From an uncultured Dehalococcoidia bacterium (GTDB lineage Bacteria; Chloroflexota; Dehalococcoidia; Lucifugimonadales; Australimonadaceae): 64,000 bases of DNA. The notes beneath the pieces were generated by a model. That model made no database searches and was not told the DNA's origin. It worked only from the letters and a program-made list of their open reading frames with translations. Below are positions 26,600 to 35,631 of the stretch, piece by piece (position 1 is the first letter of the stretch; every line of letters starts with the position of its first letter). The position numbers and the translations under genes are program-made. The stretch is taken from positions 89,010 through 153,009 of the forward strand of contig CAZLKC010000001.1 in the NCBI GenBank assembly GCA_964560025.1, given 5' to 3'.

Positions 26600-27876
26600 C
26601 GGAGCTGCTGCTCGCGGCGGAGCTGAGCGCTACGGGCGTCGGCTCCGTTCTCCACGTCAACGACAAGGGCGGCTCCTTCGGCGGCACGGAGCAGTACATC
26701 GCCAGCGTCGCCGCGGGGTTGGCCGAGGCGGGCATCGCCAATCACCTCGCCTACGGCGAACTCAGCGGCCCAACGGCGCCGCATCTCTCCCACTTCCGCA
26801 TCGACGGCCTCGCCTCCCGCACGCCCGATCCGCACGCGCCCGCGCAGTTGGCCGACCTCGTGCGGCGGACGCGCCCCGATCTGGTCTACGTGCACAACGT
26901 CTTCGACCACCGCATCATCGAGGCGCTCGACCCGCCCGGCCGCCGCAACCTGCTCGTCTGGTACGTCCACGACCACTACCTCACCTGCTTGGCCGAACTC
27001 CGCACTATCCGCTCCGGCGGCGCTCACGCAGAGTGCGAACTACCCCTGTCGAGCGGCTGCCTCGCGCATATGGCCGTCGGCGGCTGCTGGCGGCGCGGCG
27101 GCGAGACGGCGCTGCCCCACCTGTCCGCGCGGGAGGCGCTGCTCCGATCGGCGCGGCGCGCCGACGCGCTGGTCGTCGTCAGCGCCTATATGCGGCGCAG
27201 CCTCGAGTCGCAGCCCTCGCTGCGAAACTCCCCCGTCTACACGCTGCCCCGCCACATCGAAGCGCCGCCCCCCGGCGCGACGCCTGACGGCGAGCGGGGA
27301 CGCAGCATCCTGTTCGCCGGGCGCATCGCGCCGATGAAGGGATTGCACCTCGCCATCGACGCAGCGGCGCAGGCCGGCGGCGCCAAGCTGCTGGTCGCGG
27401 GACCCGTAGAGGACGAGGGCTACTGGCGGCGGTGCACGGCGCAAGCCGAGGAGGCGCGGCGGCGCGACCCGTCGTTCGCTATGGCCTATCTGGGCCACCT
27501 GAGCGTGCGGGAGCTGAGCGGGTTGTACGCCCGCGCAGCGGTGACCGTCGTCCCCTCCATCTGGGCCGAGCCGCTGGGCGTCGTCCCCGCCGAGGCGGTG
27601 ACGCGCGGCTCGGCGGTGGCGGCATTCGACCGGGGCGGCCTTTCCACGTGGTTCGAAGGGGGCGCAACGGGGCTGCTGGTGGAGCCGGGCGACGCGGACG
27701 CGCTCGCGCGCGCCATCCGCACGCTGCTCGACGACGACGCGCTGCGCCGCCAGGCCGTCGAACGGGGCGCGCGGCTGGTGCGCAAGCGCTACTCGACCGC
27801 CGCGCACCTCGAGGCGCTGGGGCACGTCTGCCTCGCCGCGAGGGCGAACCGCGCAGCGCCTGTGCCTACGCCGTAA
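26596..27876 (+). CDS. GT4-family (group 1) glycosyltransferase
   Basis: GTG start inside track ORF 26017..27876, overlapping the GDPD stop (GTGA). The C-terminal half has the GT-B/GT4 motifs ILFAGRIAPMKG and VVPSIWAEPLGVVPAEA...G (E-x7-E region). Confidence 0.8.
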   Translation: MTELLLAAELSATGVGSVLHVNDKGGSFGGTEQYIASVAAGLAEAGIANHLAYGELSGPTAPHLSHFRIDGLASRTPDPHAPAQLADLVRRTRPDLVYVHNVFDHRIIEALDPPGRRNLLVWYVHDHYLTCLAELRTIRSGGAHAECELPLSSGCLAHMAVGGCWRRGGETALPHLSAREALLRSARRADALVVVSAYMRRSLESQPSLRNSPVYTLPRHIEAPPPGATPDGERGRSILFAGRIAPMKGLHLAIDAAAQAGGAKLLVAGPVEDEGYWRRCTAQAEEARRRDPSFAMAYLGHLSVRELSGLYARAAVTVVPSIWAEPLGVVPAEAVTRGSAVAAFDRGGLSTWFEGGATGLLVEPGDADALARAIRTLLDDDALRRQAVERGARLVRKRYSTAAHLEALGHVCLAARANRAAPVPTP

Positions 27877-28006
27877 AGGAACCCGTCCCTTTGACGGCGC
27901 TTTCCGTAGAGACGCTGCTTAACCGCGCCTTAAAGTCGCCGCGCGTCCTCCGTTAACAGCCGCCTCGTAACCTCTCGGCGTACCCATCGGTTGGAGTGAT
28001 ACCCGC

Positions 28007-29935
28007 ATGAACCTGACGAACTCGTTCCTCAACCCGCGCCGCCTGGCGCTCGTCGCACTCGTAGCCATGGCCGCCGTGCTCGCCGCGTGCGGCAGCGACC
28101 CGACGCCCACGCCCAGGCCGACGGCGACGCCCACGCCCTCCTCGGGCGGCGGGCAGCCCGCCGCTCCCACGGCCACGCCCGTGCCGACGGCGACGCCCGT
28201 CCCCAGCCTCTCGGGCAGCATCGAGGTGGACGGCTCGTCCACCGTCTTCCCCGTTACCGAGGCCGTCGCCGAGGAGTTCCGCAAGGTTCACCCGCGCGTC
28301 CAGGTCAACGTCGCCGTCTCCGGCACCGGCGGTGGCTTCAAGCGCTTCACCGTCGGCGAGACCGACATCTCCAACGCCTCCCGGCCCATCAAGTCGTCCG
28401 AGGCGGACGCTGCCGCCGCCAACGGCATCGAGTACGTCGAACTGCGCGTCGGCACCGACGGCCTCTCCGTTATGGTCAACCCGCAGAACGACTTCGTCGA
28501 CTGCTTGACCGTCGAAGAGTTGAAGATGATCTGGGAGCCCGGCTCCACCATCGACAACTGGAACGAGGTGCGGAGCAGCTTCCCCGACGCGCGCATCCGT
28601 CTGTACGGGCCTGACACCGACTCCGGCACGTTCGACTACTTCACCGAAGAGATCAACGGCGAGGCGCAGGCCTCCCGCTCCGACTACACCGCCAGCGCCG
28701 ACGACAACGTGCTCGTCCAAGGCATCAGCGGCGACCGCAACGCCCTCGGCTACTTCGGCTACGCCTACTACCAGGAGAACGCCGACAAGTTGCGCGCCAT
28801 CGCCGTCGACAACGGCGACGGATGCGTCGCGCCCGAGCCCGCCACCATCGAGAACGGCTCCTACACGCCGCTCTCTCGCCCGCTGTTCATCTACGTGAAC
28901 CTTGCCTCACTCGAGCGGCCGGAGATGCTCGCCTTCGTGGACTTCTACATGCAGCACGGCGCGGCGCTGGCCGCCGAGGTAGGCTACGTCCCCGCCGATG
29001 CCGCCACCTACAACAACAATCTCCGCCTCATCCGCGGCGAGATTGCGGCACTTCCCACTCCCACTCCCGCGCCGAGGCCAACCGCGACGCCCGTTCCCAG
29101 CCTCTCGGGCAGCATCGAAGTGGACGGCTCGTCCACCGTCTTCCCCGTTACCGAGGCCGTCGCCGAGGAGTTCCGCAAGGTTCACCCGCGCGTCCAGGTC
29201 AACGTCGCCGTCTCCGGCACCGGCGGTGGCTTCAAGCGCTTCACCGTCGGCGAGACCGACATCTCCAACGCCTCCCGGCCCATCAAGTCGTCCGAGGCGG
29301 ACGCTGCCGCCGCCAACGGCATCGAGTACGTCGAACTGCGCGTCGGCACCGACGGCCTCTCCGTTATGGTCAACCCGCAGAACGACTTCGTCGACTGCTT
29401 GACCGTCGAAGAGTTGAAGATGATCTGGGAGCCCGGCTCCACCATCGACAACTGGAACGAGGTGCGGAGCAGCTTCCCCGACGCGCGCATCCGTCTGTAC
29501 GGGCCTGACACCGACTCCGGCACGTTCGACTACTTCACCGAAGAGATCAACGGCGAGGCGCAGGCCTCCCGCTCCGACTACACCGCCAGCGCCGACGACA
29601 ACGTGCTCGTCCAAGGCATCAGCGGCGACCGCAACGCCCTCGGCTACTTCGGCTACGCCTACTACCAGGAGAACGCCGACAAGTTGCGCGCCATCGCCGT
29701 CGACAACGGCGACGGATGCGTCGCGCCCGAGCCCGCCACCATCGAGAACGGCTCCTACACGCCGCTCTCCCGCCCGCTGTTCATCTACGTGAACCTTGCT
29801 TCTATGGCGCGTCCCGAGATGCGCGCGTTCGTGGACTTCTACATGGAGCACGGCGCGGCGCTGACCGCTGAGGTAGGCTACGTCGCCGCCGACGCCGCCA
29901 CCTACGCAGCCAACAGGAGGGAAGCGGGCCTCTAA
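28007..29935 (+). CDS. pstS: Lipoprotein with two tandem PstS-family (phosphate-binding, PBP type 2) domains
   Basis: 642 aa. Signal peptide with lipobox LAAC, a PT-rich linker, then two roughly 270-aa copies starting [28 protein letters not shown]...[10 protein letters not shown]...SNASRPIK, the PstS-type anion-binding motifs. A second PT linker separates the copies. Confidence 0.85.
   Translation: MNLTNSFLNPRRLALVALVAMAAVLAACGSDPTPTPRPTATPTPSSGGGQPAAPTATPVPTATPVPSLSGSIEVDGSSTVFPVTEAVAEEFRKVHPRVQVNVAVSGTGGGFKRFTVGETDISNASRPIKSSEADAAAANGIEYVELRVGTDGLSVMVNPQNDFVDCLTVEELKMIWEPGSTIDNWNEVRSSFPDARIRLYGPDTDSGTFDYFTEEINGEAQASRSDYTASADDNVLVQGISGDRNALGYFGYAYYQENADKLRAIAVDNGDGCVAPEPATIENGSYTPLSRPLFIYVNLASLERPEMLAFVDFYMQHGAALAAEVGYVPADAATYNNNLRLIRGEIAALPTPTPAPRPTATPVPSLSGSIEVDGSSTVFPVTEAVAEEFRKVHPRVQVNVAVSGTGGGFKRFTVGETDISNASRPIKSSEADAAAANGIEYVELRVGTDGLSVMVNPQNDFVDCLTVEELKMIWEPGSTIDNWNEVRSSFPDARIRLYGPDTDSGTFDYFTEEINGEAQASRSDYTASADDNVLVQGISGDRNALGYFGYAYYQENADKLRAIAVDNGDGCVAPEPATIENGSYTPLSRPLFIYVNLASMARPEMRAFVDFYMEHGAALTAEVGYVAADAATYAANRREAGL
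28190..29010 (+). repeat. Tandem direct repeat, copy 1 (PstS domain unit; period 894 bp)
   Basis: Aligns with 29084..29904 at a constant offset of 894 bp. By reading I found only 3 substitutions between about 28200 and 28895. The reverse-strand track ORFs 28288..28629 and 29182..29523 give identical 113-aa translations. Confidence 0.9.
29084..29904 (+). repeat. Tandem direct repeat, copy 2
   Basis: See copy 1. Divergence is concentrated in the last ~110 bp ([13 protein letters not shown].. vs [13 protein letters not shown]..). Confidence 0.9.
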
Positions 29936-30050
29936 CCTCAACGAGAACGCAGCGGCTAGTCCGCTGCCTCTCCCAACAGCCGGCCGCGGTCCACCCACTC
30001 TCCTCCCACCGGGCCGCGGTCGGCTGACCTTTACCCCCCCACAGCCGTCT

Positions 30051-30908
30051 ATGCGAACACCGACCCTGCTGCGCGCCTGCATCGCCGAGACCGCCGGAAC
30101 CTACCTTCTCGTCCTCTTCAGCATCGCCACCGTCGCCTCGGCCGTCCTCACTCCGTCGGGGCTGCACCTGTGGCAGGTGGCGTCCATCACCGGATTCGGC
30201 GTCGCGCTGGCGATCTACGTAACCGCCGCCGCCTCCGGCGCGCACCTGAACCCCGCCGTCAGCCTCGCCTTCGCCCTGCGCCGCCCGCGCGACTTTCCGC
30301 CGCGCCGCCTGCCCGCCTACTGGGCGGCGCAGTTGGTCGGCGCCGTCCTGGCGGGCGCGACGCTCTACGCCGTCTACGGCGCGCTCATACGCCGCTTCGA
30401 GACCGCCAACGGCATCACGCGCGGCGAGCCGGAGAGCGCCCTCTCCGCCATGGTGTTCGGACAGTACTTCCCCGACCCTGGGATGTTCGGCGCGGGCGCT
30501 GACGCCACCTTCTCCATCTCGCCTTGGGCCGCCGCGGGCGTCGAGGCGTTCGGAACGGTCATCCTCGTGCTGGTCATCTTCGCCCTGGTGGACGCGCGCA
30601 ACACGAGCCTCGCCGCCAAGTCGCTCGCCCCCTTCTTCATCGGCTTCACCGTAGCGGTGCTCATCGCCCTCTTCGCACCGCTCACCCAAGCGGGCTGGAA
30701 CCCCGCCCGCGACTTCGGCCCGCGCCTGATCACCCTGTTCGCCGGGTGGGGCGCCGTCGCCATCCCCGGCCCCTCTAACGGCTTCTGGGTCTACACCGTC
30801 GGGCCGATGATCGGCGCGCCCATCGGCGCTCTGCTCTACGACATCCTCATACGTCCCGCCTTGCCCCAACGCGGCGGCAGCGGCAACGCCGACGGAGACG
30901 CTCTATGA
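30051..30908 (+). CDS. MIP-family channel, aquaglyceroporin type (GlpF/AqpS-like)
   Basis: 285 aa with two NPA boxes, HLNPAVSLA and GWNPARDFGPR; the NPARD form is typical of glycerol/As(III)-conducting members. The stop overlaps the arsC start (ATGA). Confidence 0.85.
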   Translation: MRTPTLLRACIAETAGTYLLVLFSIATVASAVLTPSGLHLWQVASITGFGVALAIYVTAAASGAHLNPAVSLAFALRRPRDFPPRRLPAYWAAQLVGAVLAGATLYAVYGALIRRFETANGITRGEPESALSAMVFGQYFPDPGMFGAGADATFSISPWAAAGVEAFGTVILVLVIFALVDARNTSLAAKSLAPFFIGFTVAVLIALFAPLTQAGWNPARDFGPRLITLFAGWGAVAIPGPSNGFWVYTVGPMIGAPIGALLYDILIRPALPQRGGSGNADGDAL

Positions 30909-31321
30909 CCGCTCCCTACGTCCTCTTCCTCTGCGTCCACAACGCGGGGCGCAGCCAGATGGCCCGCGCCCTCTTCGACCGCGCGGCCATCGAGCGCGGC
31001 CTCGCCGTGCGCGCCCACTCCGCCGGGACGCAGCCCGCCGGGCGCGTCCATCCTGTCGTCGAGGAGGCCATGCGCGAACTCGGCGAAGACCTCTCCGCCG
31101 CCGCGCCCCAGTTGATGACCAATGCGATGGTCGAGCAGGCCGTCCGCGTCATCACGATGGGCTGCGCCGTAGACGCGGAAGCATGCCCCGCCATAGCCCT
31201 CCGCGACGTTGAAGACTGGGGCCTCCCCGACCCCAAAGGCCAACCCCTAGCCGACGTGCGCCGCATCCGCGACGACATCGCCGCGCGCGTCAACGCCCTG
31301 CTCGACGCTCTAGCGCGTTAG
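30905..31321 (+). CDS. arsC: Arsenate reductase, LMW-PTPase family, thioredoxin-coupled type
   Basis: 138 aa. P-loop LFLCVHNAGRSQMA (CX5R) plus the downstream Cys pair in MGCAVDAEAC, matching the three-cysteine relay of the pI258/B. subtilis type. Confidence 0.85.
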   Translation: MTAPYVLFLCVHNAGRSQMARALFDRAAIERGLAVRAHSAGTQPAGRVHPVVEEAMRELGEDLSAAAPQLMTNAMVEQAVRVITMGCAVDAEACPAIALRDVEDWGLPDPKGQPLADVRRIRDDIAARVNALLDALAR

Positions 31322-31349
31322 CGCAAGGCCGGGCCGCGCCAATCCCCGC

Positions 31350-31378
31350 TTGACTTGCCCCCACCCCCGGCGCATAGT
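31350..31378 (+). promoter_or_regulatory. Sigma70-like promoter candidate (TTGACT-17 nt-CATAGT)
   Basis: TTGACT at 31350-31355, a 17-nt spacer and CATAGT at 31373-31378, 28 nt upstream of the GTG at 31406, which is itself preceded by AGGAG. Confidence 0.3.
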
Positions 31379-31405
31379 GGTTCCCGAGCGAGCTAGGAGA
31401 CCGCC

Positions 31406-31756
31406 GTGGCAACCATAGAAGAACGGGTGAGCCGTATGGGAGGCGCCTACGAGCACTTCGCCTCCAAAGCGGACGTGCAGGAGGTGAAGACCGAGCTCGC
31501 CATCTTCAAGAGCGAGGTGCTGGTGTCCTTCACAGAGGTGCGCCAGGCCATCAGCCTCCTCGTCGCCGAGGAGGCCGCGCTCAAGAGCGACGTGGCCGAG
31601 TTCAAGGCCGAAGTCAGGAGCGACATCGCCCAACTCAAGGCCGAGGTCGCCGAGATTAAGAACAGCGTCGCCACGCTCGTGAACGCTGTGTCCGCAATCC
31701 AGGAGCTCCTTTCCCGCCCGCGCCAGGCCGGGTTCCAGCCTCCCCAGTCCGGCTGA
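31406..31756 (+). CDS. Coiled-coil protein of unknown function (DUF1640-like heptad repeats)
   Basis: 116 aa, GTG start with AGGAG upstream. Repeated (S/A)D(V/I)A(E/Q)(F/L)KAEV segments. No TM or catalytic motif. Confidence 0.55.
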   Translation: MATIEERVSRMGGAYEHFASKADVQEVKTELAIFKSEVLVSFTEVRQAISLLVAEEAALKSDVAEFKAEVRSDIAQLKAEVAEIKNSVATLVNAVSAIQELLSRPRQAGFQPPQSG

Positions 31757-31801
31757 GGCGCGCGCGCGAGGCGCCCACCCACACTCCTCAGGAGGCCCCT
31801 T

Positions 31802-32689
31802 ATGCCCCAAACCATCTGGACTGCGCTCCTGGGCGCCGAGGTTCGGTTCGTGCAGGGCGCGAAGTACCGCACGCGCATCGTCGAGGCGGGGACGGAGCAC
31901 GACACGACGCTCGTCATGGCGCATGGCGGCGGCGGCCACCTCGAAACCTTCGCTTACAACGTTATGCCCCTCGCCGAGCACTTCCACGTCATCGGCATGG
32001 AGATGGTCTGCCACGGCCTCTCCAGCGTCCCCGACGTGGTGGGCGACTTCAACGCCCTGGTGTCGGAGCAGGTGCTCGACGTGATGGACGCGCTCGGCCT
32101 CGACAAGGTGTGGGTCCACGGCGAGGCGGGCGGCGGCTCCGGCATCACGCCGTTGGTGATGGAGCATCCGGAACGCCTGCACGGCGTCATCTTCGAATCG
32201 GGCATCGCCGTCAACCTTAAGGAGGGAACCTACGCGCCGCCTGCCCCGCCCGTCGGCGGCATGACGATGCGCGACCGCACGCTCCAACTGCTCGACAACC
32301 CGACGTGGGAGGGCATCCACGCGCGGTTGCTGATGGTGATGCACCGCGACCACCCCGAGCGCGTTACGGACGAACTGGTGGACGTACGCCTAGCCCACTA
32401 TTCCCGCCCTTCGACGAACGAGGGGCAGCGCAAGTACTACTCGCGCCCCAACGCGGCGGCGCACAACTACACCGAGGAGCAGATAGCGACCATCCGCCTC
32501 CCGGTGCTGGTGCTGTGGTGCGACGGCAACAGCGGCCTCGGCCCCGACGCGGGCGAGCGCGTGGCGAGCATCATCCCCAACGCCCAATTCATGCTGATGC
32601 CCGAGACCGGCTGGTGGGCGCACTGGGAGAAGCCCGGCCTCTTCAACGATGCCGTAACCCGCTTCATCAAAGGCGAGCGCGTAGCCTAG
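31802..32689 (+). CDS. Alpha/beta-fold hydrolase (meta-cleavage-product hydrolase-like)
   Basis: 295 aa with LVMAHGGGGH, an atypical nucleophile elbow VHGEAGGG, and a C-terminal ETGWWAHWEKP His region. Confidence 0.7.
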   Translation: MPQTIWTALLGAEVRFVQGAKYRTRIVEAGTEHDTTLVMAHGGGGHLETFAYNVMPLAEHFHVIGMEMVCHGLSSVPDVVGDFNALVSEQVLDVMDALGLDKVWVHGEAGGGSGITPLVMEHPERLHGVIFESGIAVNLKEGTYAPPAPPVGGMTMRDRTLQLLDNPTWEGIHARLLMVMHRDHPERVTDELVDVRLAHYSRPSTNEGQRKYYSRPNAAAHNYTEEQIATIRLPVLVLWCDGNSGLGPDAGERVASIIPNAQFMLMPETGWWAHWEKPGLFNDAVTRFIKGERVA

Positions 32690-32711
32690 GCGCGGCGGCC
32701 CAGTCCTTCGT

Positions 32712-32790
32712 AGGGGCGACCGGCAGGTCGCCCCTTTCCCCCGCTCGCCCTCCTCCCCCGTTCGCCCTGAGGGAACTCGAAGGGCGGACG
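32712..32790. repeat. Composite intergenic repeat: hairpin 1 (AGGGGCGACC-GGCA-GGTCGCCCCT), C-rich linker, hairpin 2 (copy B of the CGTTCGCCCT palindrome)
   Basis: Hairpin 1 at 32712-32735 is a perfect 10-bp stem. Hairpin 2 at 32759-32790 is a 10-bp stem with one G-T pair. The composite lies exactly between two convergent stop codons (32689 and 32799). Confidence 0.75.
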
Positions 32791-32798
32791 CCCCTGGG

Positions 32799-33722
32799 CT
32801 ACTCCGACACGTCCATCTTGATGAGCGGCAGGGGCCCGCGCTTCTCCGCAGGCGGCACGTACGGCCAGTACTTGGCCAGCGCGCCCGCGTCCACTCCCCA
32901 GTCGGTGCCGGTGACGAGGCGCGCGTAGTCGGAGCACATCCACGCCACCACGTGGCCGTAGTCGGTCGGCGTCGGCAGTTCGCCCAACGGCGACATCGCC
33001 ACGAAGTCCGCCGTTCCGCCCGTGCGGAATTCCTCGACGGGCTGCCCGCCCGCGTTCTCACGCGGCGATTGGCCGGGCAGGGGCGGAAAGCCCATCGGCC
33101 CGCGCACGCCCGCCGCCTCCCGCGCCCGCAGGATGTCCGGATTGTCCACCTGTGTCGCAGTGGGCGTGAAGCTGTTGATGCGGATGCCGTAGGGCGCGAG
33201 GTCCATCGCCGCCGCGCGCACGAACTGGATGATGCCGCCCTTGCTGGAGCAGTAGCCCACGCTGTTCGCGCGCCCCTGCCAGCCCGCCGTCGAGATGATG
33301 CAGATGATGCTCCCCTTGATCCCCTTCTCCACCATGTGCCGCCCCACCCACTTCGTATTGAAGAAGTTCCCCGACAGGTTGACCGCGATCTGCCGCGTCC
33401 ACCGCTCCGCCTCGAACTCCAGCACGCTCGCGCCGCCGTCGATCCCCGCGCAGTTGATGAGGATGTCGATGTGGCCCCACTCGTCCACGACGCGCTGCAC
33501 GTACGCCTTCACCTCCTCCTCGTTCGACACGTCGCCGGGGATGCTTAGCGCCTCGACGCCGTTGCGCTCGAGGCGCTCGACGGTGGCCTGCGCCACCTCG
33601 GGGCGAACGTCGTTGCACGCCACCTTCGCCCCGTACTTGCCCAGCATCAGCGCCAGCCCGCTCCCGATGTTCGGGCCTACCCCCGTAACCAGCGCAACCT
33701 TGCCGTTCAGGTTCACGTCCAT
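32799..33722 (-). CDS. Short-chain dehydrogenase/reductase (SDR) with extended C-terminus
   Basis: Start MDVNLNGKVALVTGVGPNIGSG (TGxxxxxG) inside track ORF 32799..34013; also NCAG and YCSSK (YxxxK). The upstream 97 codons of the track ORF overlap the divergent promoter region and are rejected. Confidence 0.85.
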   Translation of the reverse strand: MDVNLNGKVALVTGVGPNIGSGLALMLGKYGAKVACNDVRPEVAQATVERLERNGVEALSIPGDVSNEEEVKAYVQRVVDEWGHIDILINCAGIDGGASVLEFEAERWTRQIAVNLSGNFFNTKWVGRHMVEKGIKGSIICIISTAGWQGRANSVGYCSSKGGIIQFVRAAAMDLAPYGIRINSFTPTATQVDNPDILRAREAAGVRGPMGFPPLPGQSPRENAGGQPVEEFRTGGTADFVAMSPLGELPTPTDYGHVVAWMCSDYARLVTGTDWGVDAGALAKYWPYVPPAEKRGPLPLIKMDVSE

Positions 33723-33831
33723 ATGCGCGCACTCCTCGCCTCGTCTGTAGTGGCGCGCAGGGTAGCAGACGCGGCGCCCCTTTTGGCCGCCGGGGAGGGC
33801 AGGCGGCGCGCCCACACCGTACAATGCGCCT

Positions 33832-34575
33832 ATGTCCGACCTCCAACGCCCGCCCGCGTCGCTCATCGTCCGCCTCCGCGCCGTCGGCAGCGCCACCGCC
33901 TCCACCGAACTGCGCGCTATTGGCGTCCGCGATTCCCACATCCTCGGCCCCGCCTCCATCACGCCAGGCATCGCCGTCGCCGGGCCTGCCGTCACCTTGC
34001 AGTTCATGCCCAAGCGCGAAGACCTGCACCCTGAGGTCGACGTGTACGCCGACCCCGAATCGCAACTCCACCGCCACGCCCTCTACGCCGCGCAGGCGGG
34101 CGACGTGGTGGTCGTGGACGCGCGCGGCGATATGTCCAGCGGCGTCTTCGGCGAGATGATGCTCACCTACTTCCGGCGCAAGGGCGGCGCGGGTGTCGTC
34201 GTGGACGGCAGCATCCGCGACGTTGCCTATGCCAAGCAACTCGGCCTCGGCGTATGGGTGCGCGGCGCGACGCCCAACTTCCACGTCCAGACCAACATCG
34301 TCCCATTCGCGGTCAACGTCCCCGTCGCGTGCGGCGGGCGCTTCGTGGCGCCGGGCGACGTCATCGTGGCGGACGACGACGGCGCGGTGGTCGTGCCCGC
34401 CGCGATGGCCGCCGACGTCGCCGACCGCGCCGAGGCGCACGCCGGGTGGGAGGAGTTCAGCCGTGAGCGCCTCGAGCAGGGCGGCGACCTCCGCAAGTAC
34501 TACCCCATCCGCGCCGACGCCCAAGCCGAGTACGAGGCGTGGCGGGCGCGGCGCAGCGAAGAACCCGGCGGTTAG
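33832..34575 (+). CDS. RraA-family protein / 4-hydroxy-4-methyl-2-oxoglutarate-type aldolase-like
   Basis: 247 aa. GDVVVVDARGDMSSGVFGEMM and GAGVVVDGSIRD are RraA/HMG-aldolase family motifs. Confidence 0.75.
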   Translation: MSDLQRPPASLIVRLRAVGSATASTELRAIGVRDSHILGPASITPGIAVAGPAVTLQFMPKREDLHPEVDVYADPESQLHRHALYAAQAGDVVVVDARGDMSSGVFGEMMLTYFRRKGGAGVVVDGSIRDVAYAKQLGLGVWVRGATPNFHVQTNIVPFAVNVPVACGGRFVAPGDVIVADDDGAVVVPAAMAADVADRAEAHAGWEEFSRERLEQGGDLRKYYPIRADAQAEYEAWRARRSEEPGG

Positions 34576-34585
34576 GAGCATCTCT

Positions 34586-35569
34586 ATGGAGTACGCGCGC
34601 CTCGGCCCCACCGGCCTCAACGTCTCCCGCGTCTGCCTCGGCGCGGCGCTCTTCGGCCTCGCCCCGCTGGAGGAGGACGCCCCCGCCCTCGTCAACCGCG
34701 CCCTCGACCTGGGAATCAACTTCTTCGACGTGGCCAACTCCTACGGCAACCGCCCCAGCTTCGACCGCCCCGGCCTTCCCACGCACGACCAGCGCAAGTC
34801 GGCAGAGGAGATCATCGGCGCGATCCTGCGCCCCCGCCGCGCCGAGGTGGTGCTCGCCTCCAAGTTGGGCGAACCTATCTACGACGGCCCCAACGGGCGC
34901 GGCCTCAGCCGCGTCCACGTTATGCGCGCCGCCGAGGACTCGCTCCGCCGCCTCGGCACCGACTACATCGACCTTTACTACGCGCACCACCCCGACCCCA
35001 ACACGCCCATCGACGAAACGCTCCGCGCGATGGAGGACCTCATCCGCGCGGGCAAGGTGCGCTACTTCGCCCTCTCCAACTACGCCGGCTGGCAGACCGC
35101 CGAGGCCGTCCTGACGGCGCGGGCGCTCGGCGGCGCGGCAGCGCCCGTCTGCAACCAGGTGCGCTACAGCCTCGCCTCTCGCGCCGTCGAGCGCGAGGTT
35201 GTCCCCGCCTGCGAGCGCTTCGGCCTCAGCGTGCTGCCGTACAGTCCGTTGGGCGGCGGCCTACTCAGCGGCGCGGCCAACACGCGCCGCCCCATCGCGG
35301 GCGTTCAGCGCTGGCGCGGCGGCGGCCCCGGCTACACGCCCGACCAGGTGGCCGTCGCCGAGCGGATGGACGCCCTCGGCGCCGAGTGGGGCCATCACCC
35401 CACGCGCCTCGCCCTCGCGTGGCTGCTCGCCAAGCCCGCCGTCGCAAGCGTCGTCATCGGCGCGAGCCGCATCGCCTCCTTGGAGGAGAGCGTCGGAGCG
35501 GCCGACGTGCGCCTCGCCCTTGAGCAACTGGAGACGCTGGACGACGTAGGCGCGGAACTGACCGCGTAA
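34586..35569 (+). CDS. Aldo/keto reductase
   Basis: Start MEYARLGPTGLNVSRVCLG inside track ORF 34193..35569. Contains FFDVANSYG, DYIDLYYAHHPD and ALSNYAGWQ. Confidence 0.9.
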   Translation: MEYARLGPTGLNVSRVCLGAALFGLAPLEEDAPALVNRALDLGINFFDVANSYGNRPSFDRPGLPTHDQRKSAEEIIGAILRPRRAEVVLASKLGEPIYDGPNGRGLSRVHVMRAAEDSLRRLGTDYIDLYYAHHPDPNTPIDETLRAMEDLIRAGKVRYFALSNYAGWQTAEAVLTARALGGAAAPVCNQVRYSLASRAVEREVVPACERFGLSVLPYSPLGGGLLSGAANTRRPIAGVQRWRGGGPGYTPDQVAVAERMDALGAEWGHHPTRLALAWLLAKPAVASVVIGASRIASLEESVGAADVRLALEQLETLDDVGAELTA

Positions 35570-35631
35570 GCGTCCAACACACCGCCGGAGGCGCTACCCC
35601 GCGCAGCGGCGGATAGCATAGACTGCGCATC

